A stretch of DNA of 43,728 nt, taken from NCBI GenBank assembly GCA_026026165.1, contig JAPEUD010000004.1, forward strand, positions 620,001 to 663,728, in the 5' to 3' direction. The notes under the pieces are model-generated. The model ran no database searches and was not told the DNA's origin. It saw only the letters and a program-made list of their open reading frames with translations. Below, piece by piece: positions 23,289-36,051 of this stretch. Position numbers and translations under genes: made by a program. The DNA is from Sarea resinae. Taxonomy: Eukaryota. Position 1 is the stretch's first letter. Every line of letters begins with the position of its first letter.

Positions 23289-24311
23289 GTGAGAGTGAGA
23301 TTTGAATGTGGGCGTGGAGTGGGGACATGTTACACGTACTACAGGCATGGCATGGCATCGACATCATCTTTGACCGTGATGGTAGGGGCAACAAGGGTCG
23401 ATTGGAGAAGGCGTTTGCAGGCAGGCGTCAGTCAGGCCTCAACCATTTCGTTTCTTATCTTTCTTTACTTTTCTTTGTAGCTTGTAGTCTATGTGTATAG
23501 TATATAGCTATCCATGTCTAATCTGCTTTTTATCCATCTACCCTCGGCTCTACCCTAGGTGTGGTTATCGTACGCCAAAGTCGAATCGCACTCCAAGACC
23601 AAGACCAAGACCGAGTGTCAGATCACTTTGCCCAACAAACGAACGAACAAAAGCACAGGAAAGAGAAAGGGAGAAAGAAGAGTTGAGAGAAGAGAAGCGA
23701 GGAGAGGAGAGGAGATCAACCTGTCTTCTTCTCCTGGGTCTCTATTAAAATCACCAATCTACTCTATCTATCGATCTATCTTTCGATCTCGAATTCAAAA
23801 CGTCTAACAGCCAGCCAGCCCAGGGCCACCGACCGGAACGAAGGAAGTAAAAATGATACAGATGTTTAAAAAATCAAAAAAAAAAAACGAACGAACGAGG
23901 TTGGAGGGACAAATGAGAGCGAATTATGTATAACAAACAACAGTAGTTAAGTGTCAAGGGAAAAATAAATGATTAAAAGAGAGGAGGCGCGCCGCGGAGG
24001 ACGAGAAACGAGTGAGGGAGGGAGGGAATTCTTCCTCTCCCCTGTGGATCCATGCTCTTCCACCCATCGGTCGATCCTTCGACTGATCCGTCCACCTCTC
24101 AACTTTCTCGTCGAGTCCAATCCGGTCGGGTCCGGTCTAGTCTGATCTGATATGATCTGATATAGCCAAGTGCGAATTTCTAATTCCGTATTCCATTTCC
24201 ACGGCGACGATATCTCCAACTCCGAAGTTTTTCTCTAGCCCAGTCTATGCGTTCGTTCGGTTGATTGATTCAAGTAACAGCGGACAAAAATATTGGTCGT
24301 CACGGTCTTTC

Positions 24312-27300
24312 CTACTCGGCCGCCTTCGCAGACTTTGTCTTCTTGCTCCGTAGTTTCATCAGGAGGAACACCATGCAGTAGGATGTAACGCAGAAGAGAG
24401 CGGTGATGCCGATCTGATTCGGCAGAAAGCCGGTCGTCAGCAAGCAGCCTCACTTTGCAGTGCTTGTCGAGGAAAAGATCACAAGGCCTGGAGGCCAAGA
24501 GAAGGAAAAGGAAAAGAAAACTTACATCCCGCCATCCATACATCTCCTTGCTAAGATTGATCGTCTTCAGGTAATCGCTGCCTTTGCTGTATTTGCAAAC
24601 CTCGCAGACTCCCGGCGCTTTCATCTCGGGATCGACGACGTAGCCGCCAAACTCCCCTATAAAGGTCGAGAGATACGTGCCGCATGTTTGATTGACCGGG
24701 GGCAGAAAGCGTGCCAATTCTTCTTTCGCGCAATGCACTTTCTTGTCCCACAATGGTAGGACGAGGAGACCGCCCATCAGGTACTACGGGTCGGATTGGA
24801 TGCTTAGCAGGTTGCCCGGTGGATGAACGGATGGAAAGAAACTTACGTTAAAGGGATCAAGGTAATACATCCAGTATCGCCAGAAGGGCTGAATACCATC
24901 GTATGGCACGAGGACTCCACAGAAGGATACCAGGGTACCCATGAGTAGCGGCGTCGTCAGCGAGGCGAAATACTCGTTCGGTGCATACGCTGAGATGAAT
25001 TGGCCGATGCCGGTGTAGAGAAACTCGAAGAGGACCATTTGGAAGACGATGGCGCCGGCGATGCCGGCTTTGTTGGGGAAGCCGACCGTATCTGTATGAT
25101 GTGCGTCGGTTAGTGGTCTTCCTCTGAGAAACACGCATTGGAGAAGTCAAAGCTCCAAGAATAGCACTTACAGTACCAACACACGAAATACAGAATGCCA
25201 CAGAGTATTAGATACGGGATCTCGGCAACGATGAGGCCGAAAACGAATGCCTTCCAGGAGTACATCTTGCTCTTCTTTTCACGGGCTTCGAAGATGTCGC
25301 GGCGTGAGAGGAAGAGGGGTTGCAGTTGATTGATCACACCCGGAGAGACGAAGATGAAGTTGAAACTGGTATGCGGTTAGAAACGAGATATAAACTTCGA
25401 GGGGCAGAAAAGTGCTAGCTGTCTAAACGTACACAGTGAAGAGGACGTTTTGCAGATCTTGGACTTTGTCTCCAATTTGCCTGTACTAAATTAGCATGAT
25501 TGGACCATGAGCGGCTCCAACGCAACTGACCAAAAAGTAAAACCGTTGAACAGAGCACTGGCTATATGGAGCATGTATTTGTTCGAGATGTAGTCGTTGT
25601 TACGGTAGAGAGCAACACTCGTCCTCTTGGCAACAAGCTTGCATTGGTACCATAAAGGCATAGCAAACTCGTGTTGGTCCTCGCTGGTCGAAGGCTCCCT
25701 AGACAAAAGGTCCTGCTTCATGGCTTTGAGTTCAGCGCAGACGGCTTGATATTCCGGTGACTCAAGCCAGATCTGGTTCCAGTCGCGCCCTTGGCTGGAA
25801 TGGCCGGAGACGACATCTATCATGTGTTCAGCCGGGTTGGCATCGGCAGGACAAGGTGCTCCATGACGTGCAAAGTACGAGTTGAGAGTTTGGGATTTTT
25901 CTCCAGTTTCTCCAAAGTAAACGGTTTTCCCGCCACGTGCTAGAAGCAGCAGGTTGTCGAATTGAGCGAAGAGCGACTGAGACGGCTGATGAATGGTACA
26001 CAGCACACTTTGACCGGCTTCGGCGAGTTTGCGCATGAAACGGAGGGTGCTGAATGCGCTCTGACCATCAAGTCTGCACTCGTCAGTCAGCCTGCACAGA
26101 GTATCCACGTAGAAAGGAAACGTACCCAGAAGTTGGTTCGTCGAGGAAGATGACAATCTCGGGTTTTGCGGCCAATTCGACGCCGATCGTCAGCCTCTTG
26201 CGTTGTTCGACAGTCAGGCCGGCACCAGGAGTTCCGATTAATGCGTGCTCGATGTCTCTCATTTCAAGGAGATCGATGATGACTTCGACATAAGCAAGCT
26301 TGTCGGCTTCCGAGACGGTACGAGGTTGTCGTAGTAGGGCGGAGAATTCGAGAGCTTCACGGACGGTCGCTAAGAATAGCCCACGTCAGCATATGCATGA
26401 CGTGCAGTCTCGACATCCGGCAGGATTGTGGCTGAAAAGGGGACGCATCGAAGACTCACCGGTACTCTCATGGATGTCCAATTGCTCGCAATAGCCTGCA
26501 GACCGTTGAAAACTAACGTTGGGCGGACGCCCATCAATGAGGATTTCGCCAGTGATCACACCAAAGTCTTTGCGCTGGGCAAGAACATCAAGCAGCGTAG
26601 TCTTTCCGGCCCCGGAGCTTCCCATCAGAGCCGTGAGCTGCCCCGGTTTCACCCAGCCTTTGACGTCGTCCAACAACTGGCGCGTGCCTCCAGGGACATT
26701 GACGGTATAACAGAGATTATCCCAGGTGAAGACGGCTTTGTTCTGTATCAGCTTAGTCCCATTGGATTTCTCGTCGATCACAGGAGCCTTCTTGGCGAAA
26801 AGATGCTTCAGCTTGCGAACAAACCACGGCCCTGGCCGCCTGAAGACGAGTGAAGCGCCGGCGCGGATATCCTTCTGCCGCTCCATACCGATCATGGTCA
26901 GGACTAGGAAGAGAGCCCAGAAGCCGAGGAGGATGCCACTGATGCACTCAATTAGCATATAGACATAGTAAAAGCCGAATGGATGAGACCAGCTATCAGA
27001 TGACATACACGTTTCTCCAAAGGTGAACGTGATAATACTCAAAGCTCAACGCCAGGTATTCATCACCATCCACTACCAACGACCCTTCTTGCGCCCCTGG
27101 AACACCGCATCCTTGGTACTGCGAGTTAAGATAGGACGGACCTCGGGGAGTCAAGGAAATTCCCACGCAGGGGAACTTCATATTGTGGAATTCGTTCACC
27201 ATGAGCGCTTCATAGCCGTAGTCTGGAACGATGGTCAGCAAGCGATGAGACTATTTCCGTGGCGGATGAGAACACGCACGAATGGGATCGATCCAAAAAA

Positions 27301-29561
27301 TCCAGGATAGCCACGGATGCATGCTTGGTTTGGAGATGAGATAGCCGTTGTACATGATCAATGCAGTCAAACCAAGACCGGCGACCTTTGAGGCTCCGTC
27401 GAATGTTCCACTGAGGGCTCCTATCATCCGGAAGAAGGCGGTCATGCACATGGTACCACAGAACAGAACGACTTTTATCAAGAATTAGCAGAGCCCAACA
27501 TGCAAGCAGCACCGAGTCTTACAATAGAAGATGAAGAAGTTTCCAGCATTCATCTTCAGGCCGACCATGAAGTAGATGACCAAGGAAAAGTGAGTCAGTT
27601 GGAAGAGCAAGACCGGTATGTCCGTGACCACTTGAGCTATGGCAAGTACACTAGGTCGGTAGAAGGCGAATTGGCTGTGTTTGATCATGACGGGGCGGCC
27701 GACGAAACTTTCCGTCACCTCGGTCATACCAAGCAATGCGTTATACAGGAAGGCAAAGAAGAGAGCACCTCCTCGGGTGAAGAGCCCAGACGTGTCAGGC
27801 GGCAGGTTGTAGAACAGAGAGCCGGCAATCAGAGCCTGGATGACGGTAGAACCTTGTTTCATCATGATCGATGCTTTGTCTCCCCACATGAGTTGGAACT
27901 GGCGAGTAGTGCAGGCTTTGATCTGCTTCCCTAGACTGGCGGTATAAGGCTCTAGCTTTGGAGTTCGCTTCGCTTTTTCCGCCACGGCCGCCATCTTGAA
28001 TTCTTTGAGCGCCTCCTCTTTCAATCCGGGATCGTTGTCTCGGTTTTCCATCTCCTGCATTTGCTGTCGGTATATCTCACTCTGCAGCCATCTTTGCTCG
28101 AATTCCTCGGCGTTGTCGGGGACCGTGTATCCGGGTCGTACTTCACGTTCGGACTTTACCGTGACACCGGTCAGAAAGTCGGCCACATTCGCTCCCGGAG
28201 CGCACACGAAGCCCATCTCCTCAAAGTATGGACGGGCTAGCGGTTGAGGTCCAAAGAAGATGGTGCGGCCCCCATCCAGAACCATGATCTTGTCGAAAAG
28301 TTCGTATATCTTGTTCCCAGCTTGATAGAGAGTCACGATATTGGTCGATTTCATGATGTCGGTCAAGATCCTCAGACATTTCGTATACTATCTGCGTCAG
28401 TATGGCGGACAATGACACCAGCAACCACGACATACATCTAAAGCCGTCGACGCATCAAGTCCTCGGGTGGAATTATCCCAGCACATGCAAGTTGCCCGGG
28501 TCGCGACGACTTCGGAGATGCTGACACGTTTCCGCTCGCCACCACTGACTCCGCGAATATACTCGTTTCCGACTTTCGTGTCGGTGGTGTGAGAGATGGC
28601 AAACTAATCGATCAGCATATCGCGGCAGCTGCGAATCGGTGCCAACACTCACCATCTTCAGGATCGTCTCTTTGAGGATCTGGTTAAACTCGTCCGAGGT
28701 GACACCCGGGAAACGAAGCCGTGGGGTTTTCAGGGCCAGGGCAAAGTCCATCGTTTGGCCGACCGTCAAGGTTGGAAAATGCAATTCCTCTTGAATAGTA
28801 TTAACATGACTTCAATGGTGCGAGAGAGGGGGGACCGACCTTCAGAATTGATCACGATTTGACCACGATATCTCCCGGCCTCCTTGTGGTCCATGCCGGC
28901 ATAAGTGACCTCCCCATAGACGTCTTTGAACGACTCTCGACGGTTGGCGAGCACTTTCAACAGACTCGTACATCCACTTCCGGGCCGTCCAAGTACGAGA
29001 AGCATCTAGATCAGAGGTCAGCGACGGCCAAGCAAGTCGCGTACCCACCAGCCTTACTTCGCCAGCAGCCACTTGTCCCGAGACGGGGTGGATGATCGTT
29101 TTCGAGGGCTTCGGTCTCCTGGCCGTCTGGATATGGTCGACGATATCCAGGGCGCTCAGAACGGTGGTGCCCAGGACCGAGTCGGCCGAGACTCCGGTGA
29201 TGGAGAGGTCCCGGAACGTGATCCCGAGAGCCTTGTCGGGATGACGATGCTTTTTCTTGTTTTCCGTGTATTCGAGCAGTCGATTCTCCAGCCAGTTCTC
29301 CTCTTCGGCGGGCACCTCGACCGAACCCTTGCGCTTGTGCGAAGCCGATTCGATGTCGTACTGAGAGCCGCGACGAGAGCGTTGCGAGTGTTGACTGAGC
29401 ACACGGCTCATCTCCTGGAGATGGGCGGTGGCAGTGTGCTCGTAGACGGCGCGAGGCTCGCCCCAACTGGACTCGTCGGGACGGGGACCATCCTCGCTGC
29501 TGGAAGAGCCGACCTCGGTCTTTGAATCCATCTCATAAGGATCTTCATTGCTGGTACCCAT
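24312..29561 (-). CDS. Full-size PDR (ABCG) multidrug ABC transporter, AtrB/BcAtrB-like (15 exons, about 1452 aa)
   Basis: Exons 29561-29058, 29005-28840, 28789-28653, 28603-28436, 28387-27523, 27471-27280, 27222-27009, 26938-26460, 26369-26126, 26073-25531, 25480-25433, 25365-25172, 25091-24847, 24783-24526, 24413-24312 sum to 4359 nt in frame. NBD1 [27 protein letters not shown]2 [27 protein letters not shown]-terminus [15 protein letters not shown] resembles AtrB-type ends. Confidence 0.93.
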
Positions 29562-30550
29562 GCTGGATGGGAGCGAAGATCAAGAAGAAGAAGAAGAAGA
29601 GAAGGGACCAAAAGAACGACAATCGAGAACTGACGAGAAAGAAACAGGCACGAGGACAGGAGGTCGTGGCATGGACCTTAAGTATGGGAGGGCAAAGGGC
29701 AATGCAAAGCAAAAGAGGCTAGAGAAGCGGAAAGTAAACATTTTGATTATCGATTCAGATCGAGCCGGTTCCAATCGCAGGAATCAGTGGTACAGTAGTC
29801 AAAACAGTAGCAGTACGCGCACGTCAGCGGCAGCCGGTAGATGCTGGTGCTGGAGACAGGGAGAGAGGGAGATAGGCAGATGGGTCAAAGGGCCAAAGGG
29901 TCAAAGGGTCAATGGGTCGAATGAGGGTTAGTGGCTGATGCTGATCCCAATGGTGCTGGATATTCGCGCGCAGGGCTCGACGGCTCTGAGGTCGCGATGG
30001 GGATCTGACCCAGGATCACGGAGTTCGGGCGATGAGATCAGTGGGACATGGAGCCGCTGACTAAGGCCGCAGCCCGTGGGTGACGAGGACACGGCGGCGC
30101 CCCTCGGGCCAGGCGCGGGAGAAGCGATGAGTCAGCGCAATCCGGAGCGGATCGGATGCCGCCGCTGGTCGATGCAGGTGTCTACTACGGTAGTACGCCG
30201 TCACCGCTGCAGGCGCCGCTCGGCTTAAAGGCCGGCCAACAATCCGACGGGCGGCCATTCCTCGACGGTGGCAGTGTGGCAGAGTCAGCCCGGCTTCGGT
30301 GTCGGGAACTTGCCGAACGGCTGACTAGAGCATTGCATGCTCGGACTCGACCTTCCTCCCCTCCAGCGCGGGCCCGGTTGTTCGAGCTGGTCGGTGGCCA
30401 GTGACCGGACATTACTCTATTGTTTCCTCGATTTTCTCGATCCAGTCTCAGTTCTCCCAGGTTTATATCTGCGGCCCATTGCTCCAGGTGTCGCCGTGGA
30501 CGGACGAGCTGCCAACTCCTGCCGTCCCTTGCTCTGCCCTGACCGTTGGG

Positions 30551-33296
30551 ATGCTCAGCACGCGCGCATCTCATGGGGGCGCCAATCGTGCCAACGGTGC
30601 CAACGGTGCCAACGGTGCCACTGGTGCGTCTCGTCTGCCGTCCCAGTCCCCCGCCGTAGCCTCCTCGTTGGGCTCGCCTCGTTCACGCTCACCACGCTCA
30701 CCGCGCTCGCCTCCTTCCGGATCACCACCAAATACCCCCCTCCGAATTCCGAGTGTCGGCGTCACCGAGTCTGAATTAGGCGGCACCGATACCATTTTCG
30801 ATATCGAGATCGACAGCAATCTTAATGGCGGGGAAGGGCCCGACAAGGTCAAACGCACCGTCCGGGCTTGCGATACCTGTCGGCGGAAGAAGGTCCGGTC
30901 CTTTTCGTTGTTCTCCGTGATTCTTATCGCCCTGGCCTGCCCTTTCCTCCCAAGCCTCCCTCCCTGTCTGTCTCGTCTCGCTCTTTCCCCGGTCTCGTCC
31001 CAAGTGAATCGCAAGACGAGACGAGACGGGACGAGACGAACTCCTACTACCTTGATTCCTTCATCTCTTCATCCTCGATCTCGTCCCATCTCATCTCATC
31101 TTATCATATCATATCATACCATATCTTATCTTATCCCATCCCATCCCATCCCATCCCATCGCTAACTGGGAATTCGTCAATACCTTACACAGATCAAATG
31201 CGATGCCGTGAAACCCGCTTGTGATGGCTGCAGGCACGCCAATATCACCTGCACCTACACCCGTCCACACCGCAAGGATCTCCGAAAGAGAAAATTAAGC
31301 CCTTCTGCGTGAGCTCCCCTCTCTTGTGATTTGCTTCTCTCTGGTTTCTAAATCAAAGACGCACGATCGATAGCAATTCCGAGAGTACTTCCCAAGTCGA
31401 ACAGCGCTTGGGGGATTTGGAGAAATTGATCGGCCAGTTCTCCAGTCGGATAGGTAGCAACTCCGTCCTCGATCGGGCAAGTCCTTTGGCTGATCCTGGA
31501 GCAGACCGTCTCGAGAGTCCCGCCATCTCACCAGTTCCCTCGAAGCAAGCCTCAACGCCACGAGATACGCATACCACCACACTTCGTGGAGGCACCACCT
31601 TTAGTTTCTTCAAGCAGCATTTCGAAAGCTGCAAGCTCGATTACATCTACTCCTTCTATGGTGTTTCTTTCTTCTCTCCCGAAGGCCAGAGATGGATCCA
31701 AGAGCGGACGGGTGAGACTGTCGACTTTAAGAGGTTCTTCGATCATGTCGGGCCATGGCGAGACCGTTGGCGACGGACCGAGGCCGATGCATCTCCATCC
31801 GACCTGAATGTCCATTGCGTGGATACGACCTTGCCAGACAAGGAGCTGATCAAGGCCTATGCCGACGATTACTTTTCATCCATCACCTATGCCGTCTTTC
31901 CTATCATCGACATCACGCTATTCTACAATATCATCGAGGCCGTCTATGACATGGCGGGCCCCGATCCTCATCAGTTTCATTCTGCTGGTGCCACCGCCTG
32001 CATTCACAGTTTCCTTGCCTTTGCCTCCAAATTCCAGTCGTCGGACAGAATCCTGCCTGCTGTCGACGAGGCACGCTGCATGGAGACTGCGATGCGCCTC
32101 CTGCCCGAGTTGTTTCTCGAGGATGTGACCATCGAAGGACTCGAGGCTGTGCTAATGCTGGTGAGTTTTGGACGTGTCGAATCGTGGCATTGCTGACGTT
32201 TTGTAGTGCGGCTGTCAATCGGCTTCGGGTCACATACAATGCCTGGATATGCTCATCTCCACTGCATCACGCATGCTCTTCATGCTCGGTGGGCATCGTT
32301 GCGCTCGTCATCAGTCTTCGGGTCCTAGCCCCGACGGGGCCGATTCTAGTTCGCACCTACGCATCTTGTTTTGGATATGCTACACTGTCGACAAGGACTT
32401 GTGTCTCCGCACCGGCCGCCCTCCGTCCATGACCGACGATGAATGCGATCTCACCTTTCCCTCGACCTACCGCGATCAACCCTTCCCCGACACCGTTCAG
32501 CCCGGCCACTCTCCCGGCATCCAACCACAATTCTTCTTTCCGACCGATCTTCGACTTGCCATCATCAAGTCCAAAGCATACAATACGTTGTATTCTTCAC
32601 ACGCCATGGGAAAGCCCGATGCTGAGCTCCTTCGAACCATTCGAGAGCTCGACGAAGAGCTGGATGACTGGAAGTTGACCTTGCCACCCACATATCGCCC
32701 TGAACGATCGCATGTCACGCAAATTCCGACCCACGTCGCTCTCAGCACACGTTGGGTTCTGCTTCATTTGGAGTATTATCATTGCGTCAACATCATCCAT
32801 CGCGCGAGTACAAGGTGTCTGGCTTGGATCAATGGTACCAACGATGGAGTGAGACTGGTCAATTCGAGTGTGGAGATGTGTGTCGAGGCCAGCCGCTCGA
32901 CCATCTACTATCTCGATCTCACACAGCATCTTCTCAGTGCCGGAAAATTCTGGTGAGATTATCTTCATCGATCCAAAACCGCGACCTCGACTAACAATGT
33001 ACAGGTTCATCGTCTTCTATCCGGTTTCGTCGTTGGTTAACATCTTCTGCAATCTCCTTCAGCATCCGCTGGGCGCTCGAGCGGCAGACGACCTTCACAT
33101 GATCTGCGACTCACCCAACGCCATCACCCGAATCCCGCCGAACAATCTGTCCGCCGGTGATGTCAGCAACCTGAGGTTGATCCTTGACTTTTTGATGGAG
33201 CTGAAGCGGTTGGCCAAAGCTGCGGTCGACAAGGCCGTTGCCGAGTCTGCGTGTGCTGCAGCCGTGGCGGGGGATCTCTTGACAAGAGAAGCTTGA
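30551..33296 (+). CDS. Zn(II)2Cys6 transcription factor with fungal-specific TF (middle homology) domain (5 exons, about 765 aa)
   Basis: Exons 30551-30892, 31193-31308, 31359-32160, 32207-32952, 33005-33296 (2298 nt). Spliced cluster RACDTCRRKK|IKCDAVKPACDGCRHANITCTY; LFWICYTVDKDLCLRTGRPPSMTDDECDLTFP. Start codon uncertain. Confidence 0.9.
31015..31160. repeat. Pentamer microsatellite tracts (GACGA; ATCTC/ATCAT/ATCCC) in TF intron 1
   Basis: gacgagacgagacgggacgagacga and atctcatctcatcttatcatatcatatcataccatatcttatcttatcccatcccatcccatcccatcccatc. Confidence 0.8.
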
Positions 33297-34113
33297 CGTT
33301 TTTCCGCTCGTCGTGTCCATTGAATTGATTCTTGTATGACTTTTAGATTTGGATTTCAGGATGGGAGGAAAGATTTGTGTATGAATGCCAGGTGGGTATA
33401 GAGGTAGACTAGAATAGACTAATAATGAAAAGCGAGTCTTCTTCACAGACGTTACCATTGCCCAAGCTCTCGACTCGCAAATCGATGGCTTTTTCCTCTT
33501 TGGGGAAACGCACAACTCTCCACTGGACCGTGGGGAAGGTTCTGGTCCGTTCCCGTCCGTTGCATCCAACAGCAACCATCACGATATGTCTCGGTGATGA
33601 TACCATTGACGTATCTCGTAAACAAAGAAAGAGTCGTGACGATGAGAGGAGAGGTCTTTCCGTCATCGATCTGTTGCTTTCAGGTTCTCACGTAAGACGG
33701 AGATAGCAGAGCGAGATTGATCAGGTACGAGGTACTCATCGGACTTTAGTAGAGGGGCCGACCTCTCACTCGCCCTAAACTCCATCTCCAATCTTCGTTG
33801 CAAGCCACCTCCACCGTGGAGTTGGAGCTCTCGATGGACGATAAAGAGGAGAAGTGGTGCCGACGGCGGAGAGTTGTCCCTCGGCGCGCCGACGTGTCAG
33901 ATCCCGTGTTGCTCTCTTGCGCCATTGGCATTGGCATTGGCATGGGGGTTCCACGGCGTTTGTGAATCCTTCCCGTCGTCTCTCATCCACACAGCATATA
34001 AACAGCATGCCTCACTTCTACAGGCCATCACTCACGTCGCACCGGCAGCGAACAATTGACCAGCAGTCTCCAAGACTCCAGAACCCGCCAGAACCTAGCA
34101 CACCAAGTGAAGC

Positions 34114-35208
34114 ATGTCTTCTCTCGTCGAGAAGATCACGGACAAGGCCACGGCCAAGGGCGCCCCCACCCCCGAGGGCCAGCATCTCGCCGCCATCATT
34201 CCTTCGAAGCGGTCACCCTTTGAGATCACCCACCGCCCGACCCCGAAGCCAGGTCCCGACGAACTCGTCATCCAAGTGAAAGCCCTCGCGCTGAACCCGA
34301 TCGACTACTACCAGCGTCACTATGGCTTCCCCACCATCAATTACCCCGCCATCATAGGATCCGACATTGCCGGCACTGTCATCGCAGCGGGCTCGTCTGT
34401 GGCCTCGGACGCGCCCAAGCCAGGCGCCCGCGTCGCCGCGTTCGCCCAATCTTTCTTCGTGCTGGGCGACCCGGACTACGGCGCCTTTCAGACGCACGTG
34501 CTTGTCCCCGCGGCGAACGCGGTACCCCTGCCGCAGGGCATGAGCTTCCATGAAGGGAGTATCCTCCCCATGGCGGTCAAGACGGTGTTTGCCGGGTGGC
34601 ACACGATCGGGTTGCCGTTGGACGCGGTCCACACCGCTGCTGACAAGCAGGGCATACTGGTCTGGGGTGGCGCGAGCAGTGTCGGCACCGCGGCAGTTCA
34701 GATTGCGCATTTGATGGGGTTCCGCGTCTACGCGACGGCGAGTGAGAAGCATCACGAGTATCTCAAAACATTGGGGGCAAGCCAGGTTTTCGATTACAAA
34801 GACGACGGAGTGGTCGAGCGTATCGTCCAGGCTGCCAAAGCGGACGGGGTGACGATCGCGGTGGGATATCTTGCCGCTGGTCCGTTGCAGTCGGGTATTT
34901 TACACATCCTGGATCAAACAAGGGGAGAAGGGACGGCGAAGTTGGCATCGGCGCCACCTCTGGCGGAGAATCCACCGACGTTGGACGGCGTCGAGGTGAA
35001 GTTTGTCGTGTCGCCGGCGGAGAAAGCGGAGAGGCGAGAGTTTGACCATTTTGTCTTTGCCGTCTGGTTGAAGGACAAGTTGGAAAAGGGAGAGTTCGTG
35101 CCGAGTCCGAAGATTCGCGTCGTTGGCAAAGGCCTCGAGTCGTTGGAAAATGCCTTGGCGGAGTGGAACAAGGGCGTCAGCGGGGAGAAGATTGTTCTCG
35201 ACATGTAG
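34114..35208 (+). CDS. Medium-chain dehydrogenase/reductase, enoyl-reductase-like (CipB/ToxD-like NADPH oxidoreductase), intronless, 364 aa
   Basis: ALNPIDY, YPAIIGSDIAGTV, YGAFQTHVLV, LVWGGASSVGTAAVQIA, LGASQVFDYK, GVSGEKIVL; no Zn-ligand Cys cluster. TATA-like ATATAAA near 33997. Confidence 0.9.
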   Translation: MSSLVEKITDKATAKGAPTPEGQHLAAIIPSKRSPFEITHRPTPKPGPDELVIQVKALALNPIDYYQRHYGFPTINYPAIIGSDIAGTVIAAGSSVASDAPKPGARVAAFAQSFFVLGDPDYGAFQTHVLVPAANAVPLPQGMSFHEGSILPMAVKTVFAGWHTIGLPLDAVHTAADKQGILVWGGASSVGTAAVQIAHLMGFRVYATASEKHHEYLKTLGASQVFDYKDDGVVERIVQAAKADGVTIAVGYLAAGPLQSGILHILDQTRGEGTAKLASAPPLAENPPTLDGVEVKFVVSPAEKAERREFDHFVFAVWLKDKLEKGEFVPSPKIRVVGKGLESLENALAEWNKGVSGEKIVLDM

Positions 35209-35329
35209 TGAGCCATATCGTCAGACGCCAATCTAGCGCGCCGTGGAACTTGTCCGCTCGATGATGAATTCCACGATCTTTTGTCTGCGTCAAGAACGGG
35301 AGAATTTCTATACGTATATTGTCTAATCA

Positions 35330-35960
35330 ATATTCAACGCCCGCAACACTAACAGATCGGGAGAGAAGGATAGGGTCAGGGTCGACTAATCTGATACTCT
35401 TATCACAGCGGGAGTTTTCTACCCAGCAATAAATTAAGCATCTAGGCACTCAAATAGCCCATGTTTTGATAAATAAAAAGAGCCTCTTTACTCTATTTAA
35501 ACTCTTTACTGTTATCTTTTATTAAATCTATGAAGAGGTATCTACTATAACACTCTGAACCTAGCGAAAATGTAGCTAGCAAGAGAACCAGTATAATAAA
35601 TAATTCTTTCAATCAAGTTCCCTACTCAGTCTTGGAGCATTGGTCAGCCTTGTATGATTCGTTGTGGTGGCTCGATCGCAAGCCGGGTGGCCGGATATTA
35701 TTGGCAGGATGGAAAGATAAAAATTTCCGATATTTATAATACTAGGCCTTCTATGAAAATCCTACGGGATTTATGACAACGGTCCCAATAATGGCTAGCA
35801 GAGACTTGATCCTAGGGAGAGCGCCGTCTAGCGAATTACGGAACATAGAGAGCCTTTCATCTATAGAGCAACAGCATCGAAGGTGAACAGGAAGCATTTT
35901 CTAGGGATCATTCGATTGCTATTATACATACCAGTATAATAAGCCGTACTGTATCGCTAG
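35330..35960. repeat. AT/TpA-rich RIP-like relic between the reductase and catalase genes
   Basis: Marked AT and TA enrichment and no ORF in the track; origin not identifiable. Confidence 0.5.
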
Positions 35961-36051
35961 TTTGTCTATGTACTACAACATCTGTAACCTCTTTCCTCGT
36001 TATCTATGTCCTTCTATTATCGTTATGCCGTTCCGTACTGTACAGATGCCA

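Noticed and set aside
22212..23348. 378-aa minus-strand ORF
   Set aside because: Antisense shadow of the GC-rich ferric reductase exon; no motifs.
24312..35208. Secondary-metabolite biosynthetic cluster (TF + enoyl reductase + transporter)
   Set aside because: No PKS, NRPS, terpene synthase or DMATS in the window; a backbone lost distal to the break cannot be excluded.
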